A stretch of 64,000 bases of DNA from Candidatus Parcubacteria bacterium. GTDB taxonomy: Bacteria; Patescibacteriota; Minisyncoccia; Phycocordibacterales; Zambryskibacteraceae. A model generated the notes under the pieces. That model searched no databases. It was not told where the DNA came from and saw only the letters and a list, made by a program, of their open reading frames with translations. The DNA lies in the NCBI GenBank assembly GCA_019661865.1, contig JAIFWJ010000002.1:52898-116897 (forward strand), written 5' to 3'. This document shows, piece by piece, positions 1-9,183 of this stretch (its first letter is position 1; each line of letters starts with the position of its first letter). Made by a program: the position numbers and the translations under genes.

Positions 1-1
1 A

Positions 2-1264
2 GAACTGGATAAAAGAAATTCCAGGAAAGTCTTCGAAGAGATTGAGAGACCTCTTGTGCCAGTAGTAGAGGAAATGCATAACATAGGTATAAAGATAGAT
101 CGGAAATTCCTTAAAGAACTTTCAGAGAAATACCATAAAGAACTAGATAGACTACAGGCAGAAATATGGAAGCATGCCGGGGAGGAGTTCAATATAAACT
201 CTCCCAAACAACTCGGAGGGATAATCTTCGAGAAGCTTCTCCTGGGCGGAAGCCGACAAAAGAAGACTGCCACAGGAGGGTTTACTACTAAGGAGTCTGA
301 GCTTGAGAAACTTAAGGATAAGCACCCTATCATCGGCTGTATCTTAGACTACAGAGAACTGGCGAAGCTCTTAGGCACCTATATAGATGCCATACCACCG
401 CTCCTTGATGCGAATGATAGGCTCCACTCTACTTTTATCTTGGCGGGCTCGACCACAGGCCGCATGGCCTCTGAGAATCCAGGTATCCAGAACATTCCTA
501 TAAGAACTTCTCTAGGTCGTGCCATAAGAAGTGCATTTATCGCAGAGAAAGGTAAGTGTCTTCTCTCTCTAGACTACTCGCAAGTAGAGCTACGCATTGC
601 GGCTATGCTCTCAGAGGATTCTAAACTAGTACAAATTTTCAAAGAGGGTACAGACATTCATACTGGAGTGGCGGCCCGGATATTTAAAGTTCGTCCAGAA
701 GAAATAACTAAAGATATGCGAGCTAGAGCCAAAACTATTAACTTCGGCATTTTATACGGTATGGGTGTAACAGCTCTTACGGCTAATTTGAAAACTAACA
801 GAAAGGAAGCTCAGGAGTTTTATAACAACTACTTCGAAACATTTAAAGAATTAGCAGAGTATCTCGATGGTGTCCGAGCCGAGGCAGAAGCTCGTGGATA
901 CACCGAGACTATGTTCGGCAGGCGTAGATACTTCTCTGGGTTCCGTTCACCGCTTCCATACATAAAGGCTCAAGCAGAACGCATGGCCGTGAATGCTCCT
1001 ATCCAAGGTACCGAGGCAGATATTGTAAAGATTGCCATGAAGAAAATCTTCGACAAGATAAAAGAGAAGAATTGGAACGGCAAGGTAAGTATGGTCCTCC
1101 AGGTTCATGACGAAATAGTGCTTGAAGTTGAAGACGACTTGGCAAAAGAAGTTGGTGAGGCCTCTAGAGAAATAATGGAATCTATAATTCCAGAAGAGAA
1201 GAGGAAAGGAGTGCCACTCGTAGCGGAGTTCTCATATGGTAAGACTTGGGGAGATTCGAATTAA
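2..1264 (+). CDS. polA: DNA polymerase I, C-terminal polymerase (family A) domain; the 5' end lies outside the window
   Basis: The reading frame is open from position 2 with no stop. Family A motifs are visible: YSQVELRIAAMLS (motif A region), RRxxKTINFGILYG (motif B), VHDEIVLEV (motif C). Confidence 0.85.
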   Translation, partial: ELDKRNSRKVFEEIERPLVPVVEEMHNIGIKIDRKFLKELSEKYHKELDRLQAEIWKHAGEEFNINSPKQLGGIIFEKLLLGGSRQKKTATGGFTTKESELEKLKDKHPIIGCILDYRELAKLLGTYIDAIPPLLDANDRLHSTFILAGSTTGRMASENPGIQNIPIRTSLGRAIRSAFIAEKGKCLLSLDYSQVELRIAAMLSEDSKLVQIFKEGTDIHTGVAARIFKVRPEEITKDMRARAKTINFGILYGMGVTALTANLKTNRKEAQEFYNNYFETFKELAEYLDGVRAEAEARGYTETMFGRRRYFSGFRSPLPYIKAQAERMAVNAPIQGTEADIVKIAMKKIFDKIKEKNWNGKVSMVLQVHDEIVLEVEDDLAKEVGEASREIMESIIPEEKRKGVPLVAEFSYGKTWGDSN

Positions 1265-1274
1265 TTAAGAATAC

Positions 1275-1718
1275 ATGACAGAGGAATATTATAAGAAAAA
1301 TATTTTCGGAGAAGTCGTTGACCTTGACCGCGCTCTGGAGGAAGAACCTGAGGAAATAAAATCCGGAAAGAAAGCGGAATTCAATGTCTTCACTCTGACT
1401 GATGCAATATCGGAAAGAAATAAACGTAACGCATGGATCACTTATGAGAGAGCTCTGGCAAGTGGGCTTGCAGCAGAAGAAATATTCTGGAGAGTGGTCT
1501 GGGGAGTGAAGAATATTTTAATTGCAGCCAAGACAAACTCTGCCTTAGATGCCGGCATGAATCCATTTGTATATAGGAAGTCCAAGGGCGCCCTTAACAA
1601 ATGGAAAGTTGAAGAGCTGGAAGATCTTTCAGAGAAACTTGTTGTCGGTTACCACGAAGCCAGACGCGGAGAAGTGGAAATAGAAACCTTTCTTGAGAAA
1701 ATACTTTTGAACCTATAA
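1275..1718 (+). CDS. hypothetical protein; weak resemblance to the C-terminal domain of DNA polymerase III delta subunit
   Basis: 147 aa ORF immediately after polA. An all-alpha pattern F..L.DA....N...A......L..G.....IFW is the basis for the delta-subunit guess; the similarity is only by eye. Confidence 0.3.
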   Translation: MTEEYYKKNIFGEVVDLDRALEEEPEEIKSGKKAEFNVFTLTDAISERNKRNAWITYERALASGLAAEEIFWRVVWGVKNILIAAKTNSALDAGMNPFVYRKSKGALNKWKVEELEDLSEKLVVGYHEARRGEVEIETFLEKILLNL

Positions 1719-1722
1719 TTTG

Positions 1723-1795
1723 TGCCCCCAGTAGGAATCGGACCTACGACCCTCTCCTTAAAAGGGAGCTGCTCTACCAACTGAGCTATGGGGGC
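1723..1795 (-). tRNA. tRNA-Lys (anticodon TTT)
   Basis: The reverse complement folds as a cloverleaf: acceptor GCCCCCA/TGGGGGC, D-arm GCTC-AGTTGGTA-GAGC, anticodon loop CTTTTAA, T-arm GTAGG-TCCGATT-CCTAC. Confidence 0.7.
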
Positions 1796-1837
1796 TTAGT
1801 GTCGAAAATATATCGTAATTTAGACCCACTGTCGAGA

Positions 1838-2242
1838 TTATAGAGGTATGTCGAAGGCGAAGCGACCGGCTCCGGTGATGAGTATGGAGAGTGCTATGGC
1901 AAGCATAAGAAGGTAGAAGACAATGTCTCGCTTCAAGACTTCTCTCTCGGTCCACTCTATATAGAACTCGAGTGCTCCAAGGATGACGAAGACGAGTGCG
2001 GCTATCTGGGTATAGAGACCTATAATGAGCATGACACCTCCGATAAACTGTACGGCTCCATATATAAGAGCTAGGTTCTCGGGCGAAGGAAGCCCCAGAG
2101 CTCTTAGAGACTCTATAGTGCGTGCCCTCTCACTTTTAAACTTAAGTATCCCAAGATCTACAAATATGAAGCCGATGGTAAGACGGAGGATAAACGGGGC
2201 TAAGAGAGAGTAGGTGAGTAGGGATGGAAATGTGTTAAGCAT
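1838..2242 (-). CDS. DoxX family membrane protein
   Basis: 134 aa protein with four hydrophobic helices and a DoxX-like pattern (LRLTIGFIFV...GILKF). Confidence 0.65.
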   Translation of the reverse strand: MLNTFPSLLTYSLLAPFILRLTIGFIFVDLGILKFKSERARTIESLRALGLPSPENLALIYGAVQFIGGVMLIIGLYTQIAALVFVILGALEFYIEWTEREVLKRDIVFYLLMLAIALSILITGAGRFAFDIPL

Positions 2243-2253
2243 ATGAGTAGTAT

Positions 2254-2742
2254 ATGTATTCTAGCATGGCCAAAACAGCTGTATTGATACTGGATAATAT
2301 CCGAAGTGTAGAGAACACAGGTTCCATTTTCCGCACCGCGGAGGGCTTAGGAGTATCGAAGATCTACCTGGTCGGTACCACTCCGGCCCCAGTAGATCGC
2401 TTCGGTCGTAAGAGAAGTGACTTCGCCAAGGTCTCTTTGGGCGCTGAGGAGACAATGGACTGGACTTATGTGAAAGGCATTAAGGAAGTGATAGAAGAAT
2501 TGAAATCACAAAATTTCCAAGTTATTTCTCTAGAGCAGAATGAAAAATCTAAAAACTTAAAAGAATTTAAGTCAGAAAATCTATTCGCACTTGTTGTGGG
2601 TAATGAAGTCGAAGGTGTTTCGAAAGATGTTCTCGACTTATCTGATGAGATAGTGGAGATCGAGATGAAAGGGAAGAAGGAATCCTTAAATGTCTCCGTG
2701 GCAGCTGGAATTGCGCTTTTTGAATTACTTAAAATTACTTAA
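2254..2742 (+). CDS. SpoU/TrmH family RNA 2'-O-methyltransferase
   Basis: SPOUT motifs NIRSVENTGSIFRTAEGLGV, LVVGNEVEGVS and LNVSVAAGIALFEL are present. Confidence 0.75.
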   Translation: MYSSMAKTAVLILDNIRSVENTGSIFRTAEGLGVSKIYLVGTTPAPVDRFGRKRSDFAKVSLGAEETMDWTYVKGIKEVIEELKSQNFQVISLEQNEKSKNLKEFKSENLFALVVGNEVEGVSKDVLDLSDEIVEIEMKGKKESLNVSVAAGIALFELLKIT

Positions 2743-3652
2743 ATAGTTTCTGATGGACGTTACAGAAGTGTGCTGACCTACCACCGACAACTGTACGCTG
2801 TATCGTACCCTTGCATCCTTTCTTCATGCACTTCTTACCCGTTCTTCTGTAAGCTTGGTGTTCGTTCTGAAATTTGCCTGGCTCTCCATAAATATTTCTA
2901 TAATCAGACATGGAGTCCCCGCCGAAGTCGATGCCTCGCTTGAGAGTTTCCTTCATAGCTGTAAACATGAGGCCAAGATTCTTCTTTGGGATTTTACTTA
3001 CTATAGAGAGCGGGTGAACAGAAGATCTCCAGAGGATCTCATCAGAGTATATATTTCCAACTCCCGATATAAGAGTCTGATCCATCAATACTTGCTTGAT
3101 CTTTCCCTTTGGTCTCTTATGTATTTGTAAACTGAAATTTGTAAATTGAAAACTTTTCTCCAGTGGTTCTGGTCCGAGTCCCTTCAAGTGCTTAGACTCA
3201 GTCTCGTGCATGGTCTCCACCACCGAGACCTTGGCGAACTTACGCATGTCGGAGAAGGCAAGGTGGTGGCCGTCGTCGAGTGTCGCTACGAAGTGGATGA
3301 ATTTATTAAACGGATCTGCGAGAGGTCCTTTCAGAAGTGGCTTCCAGACCTTATCTTTCTTATTGAATGCATACTTCCCATACATAAGGTGTCCAGTCAT
3401 CTTCATGTGTATGAGAACGGTCTCTCCGTTTGAAAGATCTATAAGTATGTTCTTGGCGCGTCTTCTAGCACCTATGATCTTACTTCCCACCACGAGCCTC
3501 TTAAATTTCTTAAAATAGATTGGATTCTTAATACTCTCACCGTGCATCTTGTGTGCACTCCTGTAGTCTGTCCAGACATTGGTAATCTTCTTACCCTTAG
3601 CGGTTCTGTTTATCCCATTTACTGTTGTCTGTACCTCAGGAAGTTCTGGCAT
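2735..3652 (-). CDS. fpg: formamidopyrimidine-DNA glycosylase (Fpg/MutM)
   Basis: The N-terminus reads M-PELPEV (catalytic Pro2) and there is a C-terminal zinc finger C-x2-C-x16-C-x2-H. The ORF track starts one Met earlier at 3655; the second Met at 3652 is the more likely start. Confidence 0.85.
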   Translation of the reverse strand: MPELPEVQTTVNGINRTAKGKKITNVWTDYRSAHKMHGESIKNPIYFKKFKRLVVGSKIIGARRRAKNILIDLSNGETVLIHMKMTGHLMYGKYAFNKKDKVWKPLLKGPLADPFNKFIHFVATLDDGHHLAFSDMRKFAKVSVVETMHETESKHLKGLGPEPLEKSFQFTNFSLQIHKRPKGKIKQVLMDQTLISGVGNIYSDEILWRSSVHPLSIVSKIPKKNLGLMFTAMKETLKRGIDFGGDSMSDYRNIYGEPGKFQNEHQAYRRTGKKCMKKGCKGTIQRTVVGGRSAHFCNVHQKLFK

Positions 3653-4926
3653 CAAGTTTTACTTAAAACTTTCAATAATTCTTCCTTCGCTACTTCATAA
3701 TCGGACCATTTAAGTTTTTTACCATTAGCCATCATGATGTATGGATCCGTGCCCTTGCCGGTGATAAGTACCACATCGCCAGCTCGAGCGCGTGAGAGGG
3801 CCTCATGTATGGCAGCCCGGCGGTCGAGGATCATGGTCGGAGTGTGGAGTTTGAAGCCTGGAAGCATGTCTTTCAGAATCTGCTCGGGGTCCTCATCATA
3901 TGGATCTTCATTAGTTAAAATGATTTCTTCACAGAATGTGTCTGCCACACGAGCCATCTCGGGTCTCTTCCACTTATCTCTACCACCTCCAGTGTTACCA
4001 AGTACTCCTATAATTCTCTGGCCGGAAAATGTTTTATAAAGTTCGGTAAGAGAGCTCGCGGTATGTGCGTAGTCCACCACTACATCGAACGCTTGTCCGG
4101 CCTTGGCATATACGAACTCCACTCGGCCCTTTATAAGAGAGAGTTTCTCGAGACCATCCTTAATGGCTTGAAGCGGAATCATGAACGCATCTCCGACCGT
4201 GGCAGCGGCAAGTGCATTCTGGATATTAAAGAGTCCTCGGAGAGGCGAGTGGATGTGTACTCCTTTATATGTAAACTCAATACCCTCCGGTCGTGCCACG
4301 TACGGGTATGCATCTTTAAGCGAGAATGGAAACTTCTCCCGAGCACCATACTCGAGGAAATGCTTTGCCTCTGGATCATCTGCATTGGCTACTATTACAG
4401 AGCGTTTCTTAAGCTTGCTTAAGAGTGATTCTGCCAGAGAGAGCTTGGCTTTTCTATAATTTTCGAATGAGCCGTGGGCCTCGATGTGCTCTGGAGTGAG
4501 GTTAGTAAATACGAGTGCATCGAGGTAAATGTACTTATGCCTGTACTGCTTGGCAGCTTCGCTCGAGAGTTCTAGTATGGCCACCTCACATCCGTGGTCT
4601 AGTCCTCTGCGGAGCATTTTCTGTATAAAAAACCTTCCGGGTATGGTCATCTTCCTGGTGTTCGGCTCAGTCTTGTCTAAAACCTTCCACCTAATAGTGT
4701 TAAGAAGGATTGTTTTATATCCCGCGGTTTCAAATATAGAATTAATCATCTCTGTCACAGATGACTTGCCCTTGGTGCCTGTCACTCCGATGGCAATCAA
4801 TTTCTTAGATGGGTGTCGATATAGAACAGAACCTAAGTAGGCGAGTGAGTAATGATACGTAGGCGCAAGTGTATTAAAAAGTTTGCGCGGTATGAAGCGT
4901 TTTATAAATTGGAGAATCTCATCCAT
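3652..4926 (-). CDS. murE: UDP-N-acetylmuramoyl-tripeptide ligase, MurE-like Mur ligase
   Basis: Mur ligase motifs GVTGTKGKSS, NADDPE, VDYAHT and GNTGGGRDKWKRP, with a C-terminal TNEDP. The start is taken at MDEIL (4926), which overlaps the ruvA stop by 8 nt. Confidence 0.8.
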   Translation of the reverse strand: MDEILQFIKRFIPRKLFNTLAPTYHYSLAYLGSVLYRHPSKKLIAIGVTGTKGKSSVTEMINSIFETAGYKTILLNTIRWKVLDKTEPNTRKMTIPGRFFIQKMLRRGLDHGCEVAILELSSEAAKQYRHKYIYLDALVFTNLTPEHIEAHGSFENYRKAKLSLAESLLSKLKKRSVIVANADDPEAKHFLEYGAREKFPFSLKDAYPYVARPEGIEFTYKGVHIHSPLRGLFNIQNALAAATVGDAFMIPLQAIKDGLEKLSLIKGRVEFVYAKAGQAFDVVVDYAHTASSLTELYKTFSGQRIIGVLGNTGGGRDKWKRPEMARVADTFCEEIILTNEDPYDEDPEQILKDMLPGFKLHTPTMILDRRAAIHEALSRARAGDVVLITGKGTDPYIMMANGKKLKWSDYEVAKEELLKVLSKT

Positions 4927-5494
4927 GTTGTGAGAGGAGTTTAAGCGCGGCCTTAACTCTCTCGGCTGCACTCTCTGCCTCTTTAGGAATTTTCTTTATC
5001 ACTTCTCTCACATCGCGTTCATCGTAACCAAGTGAAAGCAAGGCTTCCATGACATCGCCAGCACCCTTCATACTCTTATCTATATCGGCTGAGGTAGTTA
5101 CTAACTTGTCCTTGAGTTCGAGCACAATCTTCTCTGCATTCTTCCTACCAATGCCCGAGACCTTTGTCAGGTAGGAGGTGTCTTCTGTAGCCACTGCTTG
5201 CCTGAGCATACTAGGAGAGGCGACGTTAAGGATGCCCAGTGCAGTCTTCGGTCCTATGCCTGATATACCTATAAGGAGTTCAAACGTATCCAGAGTTTCC
5301 TTGTCCAAGAAGCCGAAGAGATCCAGAGCATTCTCTCTTACTGAGAGGTATGTCCAGAGGAGTATGGACTCGCCGGGCAGAGCATCGAGGGCAGTATCTG
5401 TGGTACAGAAGATCTTGTATCCGACTCCATTTACATCTACCACCACTACGTGGAGGTCTTTATGTCGGACTGTGCCAGATATTGTGCTAATCAT
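4919..5494 (-). CDS. ruvA: Holliday junction DNA helicase RuvA
   Basis: 191 aa with an N-terminal OB domain (VVVDVNGVGYKIF), an HhH pair (GIGPKTALGIL ... VSGIGRKNAEKIV) and a C-terminal domain III. Confidence 0.85.
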   Translation of the reverse strand: MISTISGTVRHKDLHVVVVDVNGVGYKIFCTTDTALDALPGESILLWTYLSVRENALDLFGFLDKETLDTFELLIGISGIGPKTALGILNVASPSMLRQAVATEDTSYLTKVSGIGRKNAEKIVLELKDKLVTTSADIDKSMKGAGDVMEALLSLGYDERDVREVIKKIPKEAESAAERVKAALKLLSQHG

Positions 5495-5508
5495 CTGAGC
5501 ATGATAGC

Positions 5509-5781
5509 ATGCTGCCTATGCCAATTACACGTTCAGCTAAAAAGGCTCTCAGAACAAGCTTTCGCAAGCGGGATTTCAACCGTGTGAGAAAGGAAAATGC
5601 CAACGCCGCTGTAAAGTCTGTAAAGAAACTTGCTGCAACGGGTAAAAAGAAAGAAGCTCTCGCTGCTTTCCGTACTGCTCAGAAAGCTTTAGATAAAGCG
5701 GTCAAGGAACACACCTTGGACAAGAACACTGCCTCAAGAAGAAAGTCTCGACTCTCAAGACTTCTTAAAACTCTAAAGTAA
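5509..5781 (+). CDS. rpsT: 30S ribosomal protein S20
   Basis: 90 aa basic protein beginning MPITRSAKKALRTS, which is typical of S20. Confidence 0.85.
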   Translation: MLPMPITRSAKKALRTSFRKRDFNRVRKENANAAVKSVKKLAATGKKKEALAAFRTAQKALDKAVKEHTLDKNTASRRKSRLSRLLKTLK

Positions 5782-5810
5782 GACCCGACAGGCGGGTCTT
5801 ATTGCTTTAT
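5781..5810 (+). terminator. rho-independent terminator after rpsT
   Basis: Stem agacccg/cgggtct with loop acagg, followed by a T-rich tail. Confidence 0.5.
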
Positions 5811-5852
5811 ATAATGGTGTAAGTAGTATGGTCAGAGACACAAGGAGGTCTC

Positions 5853-6158
5853 ATGGAGATGGATACTCCTCTGGAGGTAAGTGTGGAGTTGGAGGAAGAT
5901 CTGAAGTGCATGAGTAAGGAAGAGCTGGCGCAAGAGCTCATGAGAGTACGTGGACTCATCCGCATGCACAAGAGAATGGAGGACAATGACAGGTGCTGGC
6001 ACAACGACGCTGTGCTCTACGACAGAGTCTTACCTGAGGGCAGTGAGGGGAGGGGAAGAATGGATCTTCCGGAAGGAGTACTAATGCGAAACTGCCTTCG
6101 CTACATCCGTGGCCAAAAGTGTGAACGATATAAGTGTGTAGTACCACCAGCTAAGTAG
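5853..6158 (+). CDS. hypothetical Cys-containing small protein encoded in a GC-rich islet
   Basis: 101 aa ORF with local GC above 50%. A strong SD (aaggaggt) precedes the ATG and a terminator hairpin plus T-tract follows directly. Confidence 0.4.
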   Translation: MEMDTPLEVSVELEEDLKCMSKEELAQELMRVRGLIRMHKRMEDNDRCWHNDAVLYDRVLPEGSEGRGRMDLPEGVLMRNCLRYIRGQKCERYKCVVPPAK

Positions 6159-6180
6159 CTTGGTGGTTTTTCTTTTTTTT
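6144..6180 (+). terminator. rho-independent terminator
   Basis: Stem ccaccagc...gcttggtgg followed by ttttcttttttttt. Confidence 0.5.
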
Positions 6181-6251
6181 GCCCTCACCAGGAATCGAAC
6201 CTGGATTACCAGATCCGCAATCTGGTGTTCTATCCATTAAACTATGAGGAC
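6180..6251 (-). tRNA. tRNA-Arg (anticodon read as GCG)
   Basis: The reverse complement folds as GTCCTCA-TA-GTTT-AATGGATA-GAAC-A-CCAGA-TTGCGGA-TCTGG-TAAT-CCAGG-TTCGATT-CCTGG-TGAGGGC-A. The anticodon read by eye is GCG. Confidence 0.6.
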
Positions 6252-6278
6252 TTTGTGTGCCAGATTAGCACATGCTCT

Positions 6279-6767
6279 CTAGAATCCCAAGTATTCTAAA
6301 AATCTTTCTGTGAACGGAGTGGAGAGCTGGTGCTCGGGGAGTAGGCGAGAGAGGGTGCGGTGCAATCTGTCTGGGTCAGTGGAGCCGAGAGGAATGATTA
6401 TCATGGGCATGAAGAACTTATGTGAGCGAAGAAGAAGCTTGGGATGTGTGATGTGCTCTTCTAACCAGAACGAATGGAGAGTGGAGTAAGGGTAACGCAT
6501 GTGGTCTTTAGTTATGCCCTTCTCATCTACTACGACGTGCACTGTTTCTGGCGGACGATTTATAAATAATGAAAGTGCGAAGACTGCTTCAAGTATAAGG
6601 ATGGCGAATATGACATTACCCAGGATTATAGACACGATGACTACCGCCACAGTGATAATACCCATAACCCAGAACCAATCTCCAGATCTGGATCGATGCT
6701 CATACTCATGTGCATCCCACTCAACTTTAAATGGAGGAACTCTCTGCATACGCAAATATTCTAGCAC
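6279..6767 (-). CDS. hypothetical membrane protein
   Basis: 162 aa with a central hydrophobic segment (VMGIITVAVVIVSIILGNVIFAILILEAVFALSLF). Confidence 0.45.
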   Translation of the reverse strand: MLEYLRMQRVPPFKVEWDAHEYEHRSRSGDWFWVMGIITVAVVIVSIILGNVIFAILILEAVFALSLFINRPPETVHVVVDEKGITKDHMRYPYSTLHSFWLEEHITHPKLLLRSHKFFMPMIIIPLGSTDPDRLHRTLSRLLPEHQLSTPFTERFLEYLGF

Positions 6768-6868
6768 ATACTCAACACGCTGCGGAGGGTATTAGACGAA
6801 GTCAGAACCTCGTTAATGCTGTCAGATTACACCTAGTTTGATGTGGTGAACAGGTGGTAAGCCGGTCC

Positions 6869-7417
6869 TTATGCCGATGCCTTTAGGTAAGCTTCTAACT
6901 TTTTAAGGGCTATTCTTCGCATTGATGTGTCTTTCTGTTCTTCAATCTCCATTTCTCCCCAAGTTTTTTGGTATCCTTTAGGAATAAAAATAGGGTCCCA
7001 TCCAAACCCTCTATCACCCCTTGGCTGAACAGCAATTTCTCCTTCCATCTCACCTTCAAATGTTTTAAGTTCTTGCCCGTCATAAAGACCGAAGCATACC
7101 TTTGCTATAGCTGTTCTATCTTCGTAAGAGTTCAGAAGTTTACATAACCCCGCGTTATCTAACTCTGTAAGGAACCATTTAATTAAAGGTCCTGGAAGCT
7201 TTCCTAGAGCATTAAATACTAGAGATGTGTCCTCAACTAAAACCAAACTACCAATTTGGTTATATGCTTCTCTAGATTTGTGTTCAATTATCTCCTGTAA
7301 ATCTAAAGATTGAATTTCATCTAAATCCAACTTTTTATGAGCAACTGGGTGGTCTAAATGTCTACCTAGCTGTTCAGCTTTTGAAGCGTTGCCTGTTATA
7401 AAAGTAAGGTTTTTCAT
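6869..7417 (-). CDS. rdgB: non-canonical purine NTP pyrophosphatase (RdgB/Ham1, ITPase)
   Basis: N-terminal ITGNxxKxxE and a FGWDPIF motif identify the Ham1 family. Confidence 0.85.
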   Translation of the reverse strand: MKNLTFITGNASKAEQLGRHLDHPVAHKKLDLDEIQSLDLQEIIEHKSREAYNQIGSLVLVEDTSLVFNALGKLPGPLIKWFLTELDNAGLCKLLNSYEDRTAIAKVCFGLYDGQELKTFEGEMEGEIAVQPRGDRGFGWDPIFIPKGYQKTWGEMEIEEQKDTSMRRIALKKLEAYLKASA

Positions 7418-8682
7418 TAGCTTAGAGCTTTTCTTCCAATATCTTTTCGGAACTGTTTGCCTTGGAAGTTAATTAAACTAGCGGTTTTATAAGCTCTATC
7501 TAACGACTTTTTTAAGGTTTTGTCTATTGCGGTGATATTTAGTACCCTACCCCCATTTGTTAGAAATCGCCCGTTCTCTATTTTTGTGCCAGCGTGAAAA
7601 ACAACGACACTCCTGTCTATGGTTTTATCCATCCCACTTATCTGTATTCCTGTGTGATATTTTCCTGGGTAACCTCCTGAAGCAAGGACCACGCAAGAAG
7701 CATATTGCCTTTTCCACCTGATATTTAATTTAGAAAGCTTACCTTGGACACAAGCCAAAAGTATCTCCTGTAAATCTGTGTCCAGTAATCTCATATAAGT
7801 TTGAGTTTCTGGGTCTCCAAATCTTGCATTGAACTCAATGACCTTTGGACCATCTTTTGTAAGCATAATTCCTGGGTATAAAATTCCCACAAACTTTCTG
7901 CCACTTTTCTCTAAGCCCTTTATTGTTGGTATAACAACTTTTTTCTCAATTTCTTTCATCAATTTGGGAGAAACCCAATGCAAGGGGGAAACAGTCCCCA
8001 TTCCTCCTGTATTTGGTCCTGTATCGTCCTCGCCAATTTGCTTATGGTCTTGTGAAGCAGGAAACATCTTTATCGTCTTGCCATCAGAAAAGGCGTGTAT
8101 AGATATTTCTCTACCTTCAAGATATTCTTCAATAACAACTTTCGCTCCAGCTTTACCGAAAATCTTATCAGCCAACATTTCTTTGATAGCTTTGCGAGCT
8201 TCAGTGAATGAATGTGCAATAACGACTCCCTTGCCTAGGGCTAAGCCATCGGCTTTAACAACCAGTGGAAGTGTTTGTTTAGAAATATATTTAAGGGCTT
8301 TATTTAAGTTACTGAACTCCTTGAACCTAGCTGTCGGTATGTTGTTCTCAACCATAAACTTCTTAGCAAATGACTTTGACCATTCAATTTCTGAAGCTAC
8401 CTTCGTGGGTCCGAAAGCCCTTATCTTCGCTTTCTGCAAGGTGTCTACCACCCCTTCCGCTAGATATTGGTCTGGTCCTACCACAACCAAATCAATCTTA
8501 TTATCCTTAACCCAATCAATAAGCTTTTTGTGATTTGATGGGTCTATCCCTACATTTACACCAATTTGTGAGGTTCCAGCATTGCCTGGTAAAAAATATA
8601 ACTCCTTTATCTTGTTAGATTGCCTCAACTTCCATCCGAGGGCGTGCTCTCTACCTCCACTGCCCAGAATTAGTAATTTCAT
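7417..8682 (-). CDS. purD: phosphoribosylamine--glycine ligase
   Basis: N-terminus MKLLILGSGGREHALGWKL followed by an ATP-grasp body. The start is taken at MKLL (8682). The purD stop overlaps the rdgB start. Confidence 0.85.
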   Translation of the reverse strand: MKLLILGSGGREHALGWKLRQSNKIKELYFLPGNAGTSQIGVNVGIDPSNHKKLIDWVKDNKIDLVVVGPDQYLAEGVVDTLQKAKIRAFGPTKVASEIEWSKSFAKKFMVENNIPTARFKEFSNLNKALKYISKQTLPLVVKADGLALGKGVVIAHSFTEARKAIKEMLADKIFGKAGAKVVIEEYLEGREISIHAFSDGKTIKMFPASQDHKQIGEDDTGPNTGGMGTVSPLHWVSPKLMKEIEKKVVIPTIKGLEKSGRKFVGILYPGIMLTKDGPKVIEFNARFGDPETQTYMRLLDTDLQEILLACVQGKLSKLNIRWKRQYASCVVLASGGYPGKYHTGIQISGMDKTIDRSVVVFHAGTKIENGRFLTNGGRVLNITAIDKTLKKSLDRAYKTASLINFQGKQFRKDIGRKALS

Positions 8683-8840
8683 ACCGCAAGTATACCAACT
8701 CAAACAGAATCTATTGAAAAATTGCTCAAAAGGAGTTCTTTGAGAAGCGAGCTAAATATCTTCAAGAAAAGAGAGACCTAGAAAAACTTTTCAACGAAAC
8801 GGGTCAGCGAGTAGACAAGTGGATTGAAACTGGCGACAGA

Positions 8841-9107
8841 ATGTTTGATTTCATTGAGAACGCAAAATATAAGTTTGAAAACGGCAGTCCAGAGATAAAA
8901 TGCTCCATTCTTTCCACTCTAGGTTCAGACCTCACCATAAAAGGCAAAATAGTGAATGTTTCCATAGAGAAATCACTCTTACCCCTAAAGAGGGTCTCAA
9001 AACCAGTAGCTCAAATTAAGAAACGGTTAGAACCTCTAAATACCCTAGAGAAACAAAGACAATTTGATGAATTGTGCGAACAAAATCCAGTAATGCGGAG
9101 GAGGTGA
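8841..9107 (+). CDS. hypothetical protein
   Basis: 88 aa ORF. Its stop overlaps the tRNA-Ser 3' end by about 12 nt. No recognisable domain. Confidence 0.3.
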   Translation: MFDFIENAKYKFENGSPEIKCSILSTLGSDLTIKGKIVNVSIEKSLLPLKRVSKPVAQIKKRLEPLNTLEKQRQFDELCEQNPVMRRR

Positions 9108-9182
9108 GATTCGAACTCACGGTACCCTTTCGAGCACGACGGTTTTCAAGACCGTTGCCTTAAACCACTCAGCCACTCCTCC
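9096..9182 (-). tRNA. tRNA-Ser (anticodon TGA), type II with long variable arm
   Basis: The reverse complement folds as GGAGGAG-TG-GCTG...anticodon loop CTTGAAA...long variable arm...GTGAG-TTCGAAT-CTCAC-CTCCTCC-G. Confidence 0.75.
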
Positions 9183-9183
9183 A

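Noticed and set aside
1758-1955. 65 aa minus ORF
   Set aside because: It overlaps tRNA-Lys and the DoxX gene end.
7829-8533. 234 aa plus-strand ORF antisense to purD
   Set aside because: Antisense shadow ORF inside a well-supported gene.
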